A stretch of 62,386 bases of DNA from an uncultured Clostridia bacterium (GTDB lineage: Bacteria; Bacillota; Clostridia; UBA1381), in the NCBI GenBank assembly GCA_934463455.1, contig CAKSJU010000001.1, forward strand, positions 1 through 62,386, in the 5' to 3' direction. Shown here piece by piece: positions 10,085-17,825 of this stretch (within the stretch, counting starts at the first letter, position 1; each line of letters begins with the position of its first letter). A program made the position numbers and the translations under genes. Below the pieces are notes generated by a model. It saw nothing but the letters and a program-made list of their open reading frames with translations, ran no database searches and was not told where the DNA came from.

Positions 10085-11383
10085 TTATACTAATTTTCCC
10101 ATAATTCCGTGCGGAGTGATTTCTTCCGGCAGTACATTATGATATTCTCCGGAAAGCTTTTGCTTTGTCGGCACTATTACGGTAAGGTAATTATCCGTTT
10201 TTCCCTCAAAGCAGCCGTCAAAGCTGTGGCAGGGCTGTTCGAACAAGACCTCGACGGTTTTCCCGAGAAAGCTTTTTTGATATTCTTCTTTTGTTTGATT
10301 GGTGATTTTTATGATCTCTTTGCTTCGCATTTCTTTTATTTCGGCAGGTACCTGGTCGGGACGCGCCGCAGCGGGAGTTCCCTGCCTTTGCGAGTATTGG
10401 AAAACATGTGCTTCGGCAAATTTTATTTTTTTCGCAAATTCGCACGTCTTTTTAAACTCTTCCTCGGTTTCGCCCGGAAAACCTACCATTATATCTGTAG
10501 TTATCGCAACCTCCGGGAAATTTTCTCTTAATCCTATTACAATATTTTCGTATTCGTCACATGTGTATTTTCTGTTCATGCGTCTTAGTGTTTCGTCACA
10601 GCCGCTTTGAAGTGAAATATGAAAATGGCGGCAAAGCTTATCACATGATTTAATACCGTCAATAAATTCTTTGTTAAGAGTCATCGGCTCAATAGAGCTT
10701 AATCGTATGCGCCGGATACCTTTTATTTTGTTTACTTCGTTAATAAGCTTTGATAAGCTGCAGTCTCCGAGGTCTGCTCCGTAGGAAGCGACATGTATTC
10801 CGGCAAGGATAACCTCTGTAAAGCCCTCGAGTGAAAGGCGGTTTACCTCCGCGAGAACTTCGCCGAACGGACGGCTTCTTATCGGACCTCTTGCGTAAGG
10901 AATAATGCAGTAGGAACAAAACTGATTGCAACCCTCCTGAATTTTTATATATGCTCTTGTACGCCCGTGATATGTTTTTACCGAAAGTTCTTCAAATTCA
11001 TGTGTGCTCATAATATCACTGACGGCATTTTTAAAAGTATCGGAGGAAATCTCCTCGACAAGAGAAACAATATTTTTTCTGTCCTTTGTACCGACAACAA
11101 GGTTTACTCCCTCTATGCTGCCGACAGCTTCGGGTGCGGTTTGAGCATAACAGCCGGTTACGGCGACAACCGCATTGGGGTTGTGCTTTTTTGCACGCCT
11201 TATTATTTGCCGCGATTTTCTGTCGCTCATGCTTGTTACAGTGCAGGTGTTTATAACATATATATCGGCATATCCGTCGAAATCACATATTTCATATCCT
11301 GCTTTTGAAAACAGCTCGGTCATCGCCTCTGTTTCGTATTGATTGACCTTGCAGCCGAGCGTATAAAAAGCTGCTTTTTTCAT
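10085..11383 (-). CDS. mtaB: Radical-SAM methylthiotransferase, MtaB-like (tRNA ms2t6A)
   Basis: 432 aa. It has an N-terminal MTTase domain (FYTLGCKVNQYE), a CNQFCSYCIIP radical-SAM cluster and a C-terminal TRAM-like region. Confidence 0.7.
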   Translation of the reverse strand: MKKAAFYTLGCKVNQYETEAMTELFSKAGYEICDFDGYADIYVINTCTVTSMSDRKSRQIIRRAKKHNPNAVVAVTGCYAQTAPEAVGSIEGVNLVVGTKDRKNIVSLVEEISSDTFKNAVSDIMSTHEFEELSVKTYHGRTRAYIKIQEGCNQFCSYCIIPYARGPIRSRPFGEVLAEVNRLSLEGFTEVILAGIHVASYGADLGDCSLSKLINEVNKIKGIRRIRLSSIEPMTLNKEFIDGIKSCDKLCRHFHISLQSGCDETLRRMNRKYTCDEYENIVIGLRENFPEVAITTDIMVGFPGETEEEFKKTCEFAKKIKFAEAHVFQYSQRQGTPAAARPDQVPAEIKEMRSKEIIKITNQTKEEYQKSFLGKTVEVLFEQPCHSFDGCFEGKTDNYLTVIVPTKQKLSGEYHNVLPEEITPHGIMGKLV

Positions 11384-11597
11384 GTAATTCCCCTCTCATA
11401 AATTTTACATTTTAGTAAGTTTTAATCAATTATTGGTATAAATAATAGTATTATTATATAAAAATTTTTAATAAACTTCAATAGTTCTTGACTAAATAAA
11501 AAAAAAGTTGTATTATATAAACAAGAAAAGGCATGTAATGTGCAAAACTTTTCTTAAAATCATAGTATAAATTTGCTGTTATTAAGGAGGACTAATT

Positions 11598-11828
11598 ATG
11601 AGGACATTTAATCTAATGTTAAATTCAATTAATGATGTAAAGGATTTTGTAAACATAGTATCGAAGTATGATTTTGATGTTGATTTGACATCGGGCAGAT
11701 ATGTTGTTGACGCTAAGTCAATAATGGGCATTTTCAGTCTTAATTTGTCAAAACCTATAAAGGTTGAAGTACACAGTGATGATTGCGACGCTTTCATTGA
11801 TGAATTGAAAAGATTTATCGTTGATTGA
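11598..11828 (+). CDS. HPr-like protein lacking the catalytic His15
   Basis: 76 aa. It aligns to HPr (..VSKYDFDVDL..VVDAKSIMGIFSLN..), but the His15 position reads ..NSINDVKDF... Confidence 0.6.
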   Translation: MRTFNLMLNSINDVKDFVNIVSKYDFDVDLTSGRYVVDAKSIMGIFSLNLSKPIKVEVHSDDCDAFIDELKRFIVD

Positions 11829-11854
11829 TTAAAAAAAGCTGTGAAAAGGACGGG

Positions 11855-11886
11855 GATTAAATTCCTCGTTTTTTTTGTGGATGAAT
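11855..11886 (+). terminator. Intrinsic terminator after the HPr-like gene
   Basis: GACGGGGA-ttaaa-TTCCTCGT followed by T8. Confidence 0.55.
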
Positions 11887-11986
11887 ACTTGAAATTTGTA
11901 TAATTGTATGGTATTATTAAATAAAAGTGTCTTATTCGTCTGCGGTAAGATAAAAAAAGTTTTGCAGGCAGAAAGGATTAATAAAG

Positions 11987-12787
11987 ATGGCAAGGAAAGC
12001 AAGAGAAAAAAGCAGTACCGGCATATATCATATATTGCTGCGGGCAAATAATAAATTGTTTTATGATGATAAAGACAGAGAGTATTTTGTGTCACTCATA
12101 AAACAATATTTTAAGGACGGAGTATCGGTTTACGGTTACAGAATTGAAGATGACAGAGTTCATTTGGTAATAAAAGAGGGAGATAAAACTATTTCTCAGG
12201 CTTTAAAGCCGTTTTGTACTTCATACGCAAGATTTTTCAACCGAGAGCACAATGCGGACGGAAAATTGTTTGACGGGCGTTTTAAAAGCGAGCCGATAGA
12301 GGATAATAAAATGCTTGCGCGTACGCTCGGATATTTGTACAGAGACAATCCGGACAGCTTTAAAAAGGATAAGATAATAGACCGTTCGGAGATTAAATCG
12401 GTAAAGCCGGATAAAGAAAAGCCGTACCTGGCTATGGATGAATATGTTTCGATGTCGGAAAAGGAAATAAAAGCTGTTGTTGATTTTCTGTGCAGCGGAA
12501 TTGAAAATTTCAAAGAACTTTCCGATGCGGAAAAATTCGCGGCGGTGCAGAATGCGGATACTGCATCGAGACTTAAAGGCACAACAATAAGAAAGACACT
12601 CGGGATAAAAGAGACGGCGAAAAAGAAAACCGAAGATAAAAAGGCACCGTCGCCGAAAAAGAAACCGGCAGTTCGCAAAAAAAGCCCGGAAAAGAAAAAA
12701 ACCACACCGACAGAAAAACCTGAAAAAACGGCAGAGGAAGCTCCGCAAAAGCCGGTAAAGAAAGAACTTCCCGTATGGCTTTTGTAA
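11987..12787 (+). CDS. IS200/RayT-like (Y1 HUH transposase fold) protein with degenerate HUH motif and Lys/Pro-rich C-terminal tail
   Basis: The N-terminus MARKAREKSSTGIYHILLRANN..DRVHLVIKEG..GKLFDGRFKSEPIEDNKML..LGYLYRDNP matches the COG1943-type transposase fold. The C-terminal 70 aa is KKK/P-rich. Confidence 0.6.
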   Translation: MARKAREKSSTGIYHILLRANNKLFYDDKDREYFVSLIKQYFKDGVSVYGYRIEDDRVHLVIKEGDKTISQALKPFCTSYARFFNREHNADGKLFDGRFKSEPIEDNKMLARTLGYLYRDNPDSFKKDKIIDRSEIKSVKPDKEKPYLAMDEYVSMSEKEIKAVVDFLCSGIENFKELSDAEKFAAVQNADTASRLKGTTIRKTLGIKETAKKKTEDKKAPSPKKKPAVRKKSPEKKKTTPTEKPEKTAEEAPQKPVKKELPVWLL

Positions 12788-12849
12788 ACGCAGCTTGATT
12801 ACCATACAAATTTCATGAAAAGGAGGCGGTATATACGGATGAGAAAAAA

Positions 12850-13398
12850 ATGATTGAGCTTATTCAATCGGGAGACGGAAAAGCGTTTTCATATCTTGTG
12901 GGTGAGTATCAGCAAAAAGTTATTAATATTTCGTTCGGTATGCTGTCCGACTATGAAGATGCCTGCGACGCAGCGCAGGAGGTGTTTGTAAAGGTATATC
13001 GTTCAATAGATAAATTCCGGGGAGAAAGCTCGCTTTCAACATGGATTTACAGAATAACAAAAAATGTATGCAGTGATTTTTTGCGAAAAAGGAAAGAGAC
13101 ATCGTTAAGTCTTGATGAGAAAAAAGAAGATTTTCCGAAAATAGAAGTGACCGACTGTACATATTCTCCTGAACATTCGGCTGAAAAGGGAGAAATGAAA
13201 AAAATAATCGGACAGGCAATTTCACAGCTTGACGAAAAATCAAGAGAGGTTATTATTCTTTACGAAGCGGAGGACTTAAGTTATGATGAAATTTCCGGGA
13301 TTTTGCAGCTGCCTGTCGGAACAGTAAAATCAAGGATTAACAGGGCAAGAGAAAAATTAAAAAAAATATTATTGCCAAACAGAGAACTTTTTTTGTAA
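12850..13398 (+). CDS. ECF-type RNA polymerase sigma-70 family factor
   Basis: 182 aa, with region 2 (..DACDAAQEVFVKVYRSIDKFRGESSLSTWIYRIT.N) and region 4 (..LSYDEISGILQLPVGTVKSRINRAREKL). Confidence 0.9.
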   Translation: MIELIQSGDGKAFSYLVGEYQQKVINISFGMLSDYEDACDAAQEVFVKVYRSIDKFRGESSLSTWIYRITKNVCSDFLRKRKETSLSLDEKKEDFPKIEVTDCTYSPEHSAEKGEMKKIIGQAISQLDEKSREVIILYEAEDLSYDEISGILQLPVGTVKSRINRAREKLKKILLPNRELFL

Positions 13399-13421
13399 AT
13401 ATACGTCTAATAATATGAAAA

Positions 13422-13459
13422 TTAGCTAATTGTAAAATTTACATTTTACAATTAACTAA
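13422..13459. repeat. AT-rich palindromic element, copy A
   Basis: TTAGCTAATTGTAAAAT-TTAC-ATTTTACAATTAACTAA, lying between the sigma and anti-sigma genes. Confidence 0.85.
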
Positions 13460-13487
13460 ATATGAAAATGAAAAGGAGGAGATGCCG

Positions 13488-14510
13488 ATGAAGGAATGTG
13501 AAAGAGCTTCCGAAAAAGCAGAAAAATACATTGATAACGAAATGACGGCGGAAGAAAAACAAGAATTTGAAGCACATGTTGCGGCATGTCCTTCATGCAG
13601 GGAAGAGTTGGAATTTGCAAAAGCCGTAAGAGCGGCTGTCGGAAGCATGGAAAAGCCAAAGGTACCCGAAAATTTCATGGATAATATCAATAAAGCGATA
13701 GACAAAAAGCCGGAAAAACATTACATAAGCCGATTTACAAATTTCAGATTTGTTTCTACCTTGGCGGCTTGCCTTTTGATAGCAATTGTGCTTTCTGTAA
13801 ACAATAACGGAAAAATAAACGATGAGCTTACCGAAAAAACAAGATTTCATGAAATTGCGAAACAGCCCGTCGGCGATATGATTTTGTCTAATGATACCGA
13901 TAAAACCTCGGAGGATGCAGCTGCCGAAGAAAAGACGGAAAAAGAAAAAGCTGTCAGCATAAACAAAAACACAAAAAAAGAGGTAAAAACCGATAAAAAA
14001 GAAGAGCAAGTCAAAGAAACAGAAACAGCTTCATTTGATAAAAAAGAGTATCCAAAAGCCGAAGATACCGCAATAGCAGAAACGGAAAATACAGCTGCAC
14101 CGGAGATGAAAAGCATTTCTTTAATCGAAGAGCATCAAGTTTTGTCGGAGAACAGTGTCGCAGATGCAGGAGCTGCGGATATGCAAGCCGAAAGTATGCC
14201 GCAAAATACATCGGAAAAATCTTCTGACAACGGTGATTTCGGTATAAGCGGAGCTGCATCCACGGGCGGTGGCGGCGGAGGAGACAGCGTGAGAATGTTT
14301 AAGGGCGAACAAGTAATGTATATAGATGAAGAACATTTCGAAAAAGCGAAAGAAGCCGCATTAAAATACGGTAAAGCTGCTGAGGAAGATTTTGAAATGG
14401 ACGAATACGGATACGGCGAATTTTTGAAATATTTGGATTCGATAGGTGCTGAGTACAATTTATTAAATTCGTACGGAGATACAATTGTATTCTCTTTGGA
14501 AATTAAATAG
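13488..14510 (+). CDS. Anti-sigma factor (zf-HC2), single-pass membrane protein
   Basis: H-x3-C-x2-C motif (AHVAACPSCREEL) and a TM segment FVSTLAACLLIAIVLSV. It lies directly downstream of the sigma factor. ATG 13488 is 8 nt after GGAGG. Confidence 0.8.
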   Translation: MKECERASEKAEKYIDNEMTAEEKQEFEAHVAACPSCREELEFAKAVRAAVGSMEKPKVPENFMDNINKAIDKKPEKHYISRFTNFRFVSTLAACLLIAIVLSVNNNGKINDELTEKTRFHEIAKQPVGDMILSNDTDKTSEDAAAEEKTEKEKAVSINKNTKKEVKTDKKEEQVKETETASFDKKEYPKAEDTAIAETENTAAPEMKSISLIEEHQVLSENSVADAGAADMQAESMPQNTSEKSSDNGDFGISGAASTGGGGGGDSVRMFKGEQVMYIDEEHFEKAKEAALKYGKAAEEDFEMDEYGYGEFLKYLDSIGAEYNLLNSYGDTIVFSLEIK

Positions 14511-14521
14511 CGGTTAAAAAA

Positions 14522-14556
14522 GGGATGTAAAAAAAGTCCGGAACGCAAAAAGGCAT
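14522..14556. repeat. 3'-intergenic repeat module (ATGTAAAAAAAGTCCGGAACGCAAAAAGGCA type), copy 1
   Basis: GGGATGTAAAAAAAGTCCGGAACGCAAAAAGGCAT, followed by the terminator hairpin at 14577-14608. Confidence 0.75.
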
Positions 14557-14576
14557 TTTTTTCTATCTCTTCAAAA

Positions 14577-14608
14577 GGCGGTGTACTTTTTATACACCGC
14601 CTTTTTTT
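14577..14608 (+). terminator. Intrinsic terminator (GGCGGTGTA-CTTTTTA-TACACCGCC + T7)
   Basis: Perfect 9-bp stem followed by a T-run after the anti-sigma gene. It is part of the repeat module at 14522-14608. Confidence 0.8.
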
Positions 14609-14750
14609 AATAAATGTATAAAAAGTCCACTAAAATTATCAAAAAAGCTGCTAAAAAAGCAGAATAGCCCACTGATTTTTTCTCTTTTTTATGATAAAAT
14701 TATAAAAAGAGTGAAAGCTCTGAACAATTAAAAAACAAAAGGTGGTATAT

Positions 14751-16880
14751 ATGATATTAAAAAACGGAAATGATGTTTTGGAATTATGCGAAAAATGCGG
14801 CTCTGTATTGTCGTATAAAATAAACGGCGGGGAGTTTATCGCAAAGGGTGCAAAACGTCCTTTGTTTACTTTTGCCTTGCTTGATAACGACGGCAGACAA
14901 ATCAGGGTTAATTCTTCCGAAGCGGAAAAAATTATTTTGGAAAAGAATGAAAACGGATGCAAGCTGATTTTTGACGGAATGAAAAATCTTATGCTTGGTG
15001 CTGCTATAACGGTTGAAAAGAACGGCGAGAACGGTTTTAAATGGCATATAGTTGCCGAAAATAACACCGGTATGCTTCTTGAATGGATAGAATTTCCGCA
15101 GATAACCGTCCCGGATTCACTTGTCGGAGAGGGAGGAGATTCGGAGCTTTTCTGGCCTGCTCTTGAGGGAATGTTAATTCAGGATAAAACGGTACGTGAA
15201 AAATCGTGGCTTAATTATAGGGAAATAGGCTATCAAAATGAAACCTTCGGCGGTTTTTATCCCGGAAGCTGCCCTATGCAGTTTATGGCATATTATAACA
15301 AAAACGGCGGACTTTATTTTGCGGCACACGACCCGCACAGAACTCCGAAAACGGTTGAATTTCATGCGGATGAATACGGAATAGCTCTTGAATATCGCTT
15401 GTTTTGCAGCGGAGCTGTCGGACATTACGACCCGAATTTTGACATGGTAACCTCGTCGTTTGACGGAGATTGGAATGATGCGGCGGAAATTTACCGCTCG
15501 TGGATGCAAAGCAATGCAAAAATGCCGAAGAAGCTCAGCGAAGAAGACACAATGCCGAAATGGTTTGAGGAGTCTCCGATTGTTATGATATATCCCATTA
15601 AGGGTACGATTGACCACGGAGATATGACGCCGAACATGTATTATCCGTATAAAAATATTCTTCCGGTAACAGAGGAATTTTCGGAAAAAACAAACAGCCG
15701 AATTATGGCACTTCCGATGCACTGGGAGGGAACTGCTCCGTGGGCGACACCGTATGTTTGGCCGCCTTACGGAGGGGAAAAAGAATTTTGCGATTTTGTT
15801 TCGGCGGTGCATGAACAGGGAAACCTTGTCGGTGTATATTGCAGCGGTATAGGCTGGACGCTGAAAAGTTACTTAAATCCCGAGCTTGATTTGTCGGATA
15901 AATATGATGAATCGCTTATCTGCCGTACTCCTGATAATAAAATAGTATTTTCAAAGGTTATAGGAAAGCCGATACGTGATGGGTATGATATGTGCCCGGT
16001 GAGCGATAAGGTGGGAGACATAGTCTCGGGAGAGGTGCTGTCAATTGCAAAGAGCGGTGTTGACTATGCTCAGTATTTTGACCAGAATCTCGGCGGCGAA
16101 AGCTGCATTTGCTATGCGAGAGACCACGGACATGCTCCCGGACCGGGAGTTTGGCAAAATGAAGCGATGATAAAAATATTTAAACGGTTGAAGCAAGAGC
16201 TCGGAAAAATTAATTCGGATATGCTCATTGGCTGCGAATGTGCGGGAAGTGAGCCGTTTATCGAATATTTGAAATTCAGCGATTTGAGATACCCGGCGGC
16301 ATTATTTATAGGCAAGCCTGTTCCGGCTTATGCATATTTGTTCCATGAATATTTGAATAATTTCATGGGAAATCAGTGCGTATGTGAAGCGGCGCTTGAT
16401 TTCGGAGAAAATCCGGATTGCTTGCTGTTCCGTATCGGATATTCGTTTGCTGCCGGAGATTTGATGACGGTAATCCTCGGAAAAGATAAGCAAGTAAACT
16501 GGGCGTGGGGAACCGAATGGACCGTTGAACTTCCGAAACAGGAACCCATATTCGAGCTTATCAAAAACCTTAACGCATGGAGAAAAGCATCCCCCGAATT
16601 TCTTCATTTGGGCAAAATGGTTAAACCGCATCTCTTAAAAGGTGTGGGTGAATATGTTCTGCACAGAAAAGACGGTACAGATATAGTATATCCGTCATTG
16701 CTTACAACTCGCTGGGCTGATAAGGATGGAAAAGAACGCCAGGTTGTGGTAAATTATCTTAACAAAGAACAGAGCTTTGAGGCAGATTACAGCAGAGTTT
16801 ATACCGCACCTGATTCCGAAGGAGAGGAATATACGGGAAAAATTACCGTAAAACCGCTTTCGGCTGTATGGTTTGAATAG
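14751..16880 (+). CDS. Uncharacterised cytoplasmic protein, probably glycoside-hydrolase-like
   Basis: About 709 aa from ATG 14751 (RBS AAAGGTGG), with no signal peptide. It sits in a carbohydrate-rich neighbourhood and I do not recognise a named catalytic family. Confidence 0.35.
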   Translation: MILKNGNDVLELCEKCGSVLSYKINGGEFIAKGAKRPLFTFALLDNDGRQIRVNSSEAEKIILEKNENGCKLIFDGMKNLMLGAAITVEKNGENGFKWHIVAENNTGMLLEWIEFPQITVPDSLVGEGGDSELFWPALEGMLIQDKTVREKSWLNYREIGYQNETFGGFYPGSCPMQFMAYYNKNGGLYFAAHDPHRTPKTVEFHADEYGIALEYRLFCSGAVGHYDPNFDMVTSSFDGDWNDAAEIYRSWMQSNAKMPKKLSEEDTMPKWFEESPIVMIYPIKGTIDHGDMTPNMYYPYKNILPVTEEFSEKTNSRIMALPMHWEGTAPWATPYVWPPYGGEKEFCDFVSAVHEQGNLVGVYCSGIGWTLKSYLNPELDLSDKYDESLICRTPDNKIVFSKVIGKPIRDGYDMCPVSDKVGDIVSGEVLSIAKSGVDYAQYFDQNLGGESCICYARDHGHAPGPGVWQNEAMIKIFKRLKQELGKINSDMLIGCECAGSEPFIEYLKFSDLRYPAALFIGKPVPAYAYLFHEYLNNFMGNQCVCEAALDFGENPDCLLFRIGYSFAAGDLMTVILGKDKQVNWAWGTEWTVELPKQEPIFELIKNLNAWRKASPEFLHLGKMVKPHLLKGVGEYVLHRKDGTDIVYPSLLTTRWADKDGKERQVVVNYLNKEQSFEADYSRVYTAPDSEGEEYTGKITVKPLSAVWFE

Positions 16881-16893
16881 TTGATGTAAAAAG

Positions 16894-16965
16894 GGGATGT
16901 TAAAAAACTCCGGAACAAAAAAAGGCATGTATTACTTGAAAAGTATATATGCCTTTTAACATCCC
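16894..16965. repeat. 3'-intergenic repeat module, copy 2, embedded in a nested hairpin
   Basis: GGGATGTTAAAAAACTCCGGAACAAAAAAAGGCATGTAT...ATATGCCTTTTAACATCCC. The outer 12-bp stem is GGGATGTTAAAA/TTTTAACATCCC. Confidence 0.75.
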
Positions 16966-16971
16966 AATCTG

Positions 16972-17739
16972 TTATTTTATGTTGTATTTCTCTATGGCAT
17001 CGGCGATTGCCCATGCAAGGCGGGATTGATAGTCCTCATTGTTAAGCTTTTTTTCTTCTTCCTCGTTGGACAGAAAACCGCATTCTACCAGAATTGCCGG
17101 TATCGGTGGATTTTTCATGAGAAAAAGAGTTTTATCCGCAGTTTTGACGGCTGTGGTTTTAGCTCCGGTAATTTCGCTCATTTTGAGTTGAATTTGCTCG
17201 GCAAGCGGTTTTATTTCACTGTGGTTTGCGGAATAGAATACGCGGAGACCGTTTATTTTTGAACTCGGGAAATAATTCATATGTATGCTGACAAAAAGGT
17301 CGGCATCGGATTTTTTCATTATTTCAAGTCTTTTTTTCATGTCTTTAACTTTCATTTCTCTTATCCCCGTGCCGTCCGAAAACAAACCGTTTTCGTCTGT
17401 TCTTGTCATGATTACTTTCATGCCCTTGCCCTCAAGAACTTCGCATAGCTTTTTTGAAATTGCGAGATTTATTTCCTGCTCTACGGTTCCGCGTGCTCCG
17501 ACTGCACCGCCGTCGGGTATACCGTGACCAGGGTCAATGACTATGCATGGGTTATCATCGGTTAAAAAGGTTTTTGAATACGGTGAAAACTTGATTACCA
17601 TGCCGAGAGAAATACCGACAACGGCAAAAATCAACCCCCATAGTATATTTTTGCGGGTAAAAAGAAAAAACAAGACAATCACTTCTTTGCATAATAAAAT
17701 AATAGGTATATTTATTATATGCCGAAACAGAAAGCACAA
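16972..17739 (-). CDS. cwlD: N-acetylmuramoyl-L-alanine amidase, CwlD-like (germination-specific type)
   Basis: ..VIDPGHGIPDGGAVG..EINLAIS..MTR..DLFVSIHMN.. (Amidase_3), with an N-terminal TM segment. The start codon is uncertain (TTG at 17739). Confidence 0.7.
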   Translation of the reverse strand: MCFLFRHIINIPIILLCKEVIVLFFLFTRKNILWGLIFAVVGISLGMVIKFSPYSKTFLTDDNPCIVIDPGHGIPDGGAVGARGTVEQEINLAISKKLCEVLEGKGMKVIMTRTDENGLFSDGTGIREMKVKDMKKRLEIMKKSDADLFVSIHMNYFPSSKINGLRVFYSANHSEIKPLAEQIQLKMSEITGAKTTAVKTADKTLFLMKNPPIPAILVECGFLSNEEEEKKLNNEDYQSRLAWAIADAIEKYNIK

Positions 17740-17753
17740 TTACAAAAGATAGT

Positions 17754-17805
17754 ATGTAAAAAAACTCCGGAACGCAAAAAGGCAGTGTACTTTTTATACA
17801 CTGCC
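17754..17805. repeat. 3'-intergenic repeat module, copy 3, with terminator hairpin
   Basis: ATGTAAAAAAACTCCGGAACGCAAAAAGGCAGTGTACTTTTTATACACTGCC. Read on the minus strand, the hairpin is followed by TTTTTG and terminates gene 17826-18911. Confidence 0.8.
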
Positions 17806-17825
17806 TCTTTTGGTTTATTGAATTA

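Noticed and set aside
11401-11435. Possible eighth, degenerate copy of the palindromic element upstream of mtaB (minus strand: TAATTGATTAAAACTTACTAAAATGTAAAATT).
   Set aside because: Only the left arm is similar, there is no complementary right arm, and the distance to the start codon (about 34 nt) differs from the family. It is probably chance similarity in AT-rich DNA. The same applies to GCTAATTGTGAAAGC at 43561-43575.
12196-12805. Long minus-strand ORFs (169 aa, 194 aa and 78 aa) antisense to the RayT-like gene.
   Set aside because: They have repetitive, low-complexity, Phe/Leu/Arg-rich translations, mirroring the Lys/Glu-rich sense strand. They have no RBS and overlap a sense ORF with clear family similarity.
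14262-14285. Gly6 tract in the anti-sigma factor and a similar GGGGGG tract in the GH78 enzyme (26631-26650).
   Set aside because: These are short low-complexity linkers in unrelated proteins, with no repeat structure at the DNA level beyond GGC/GGA codons.
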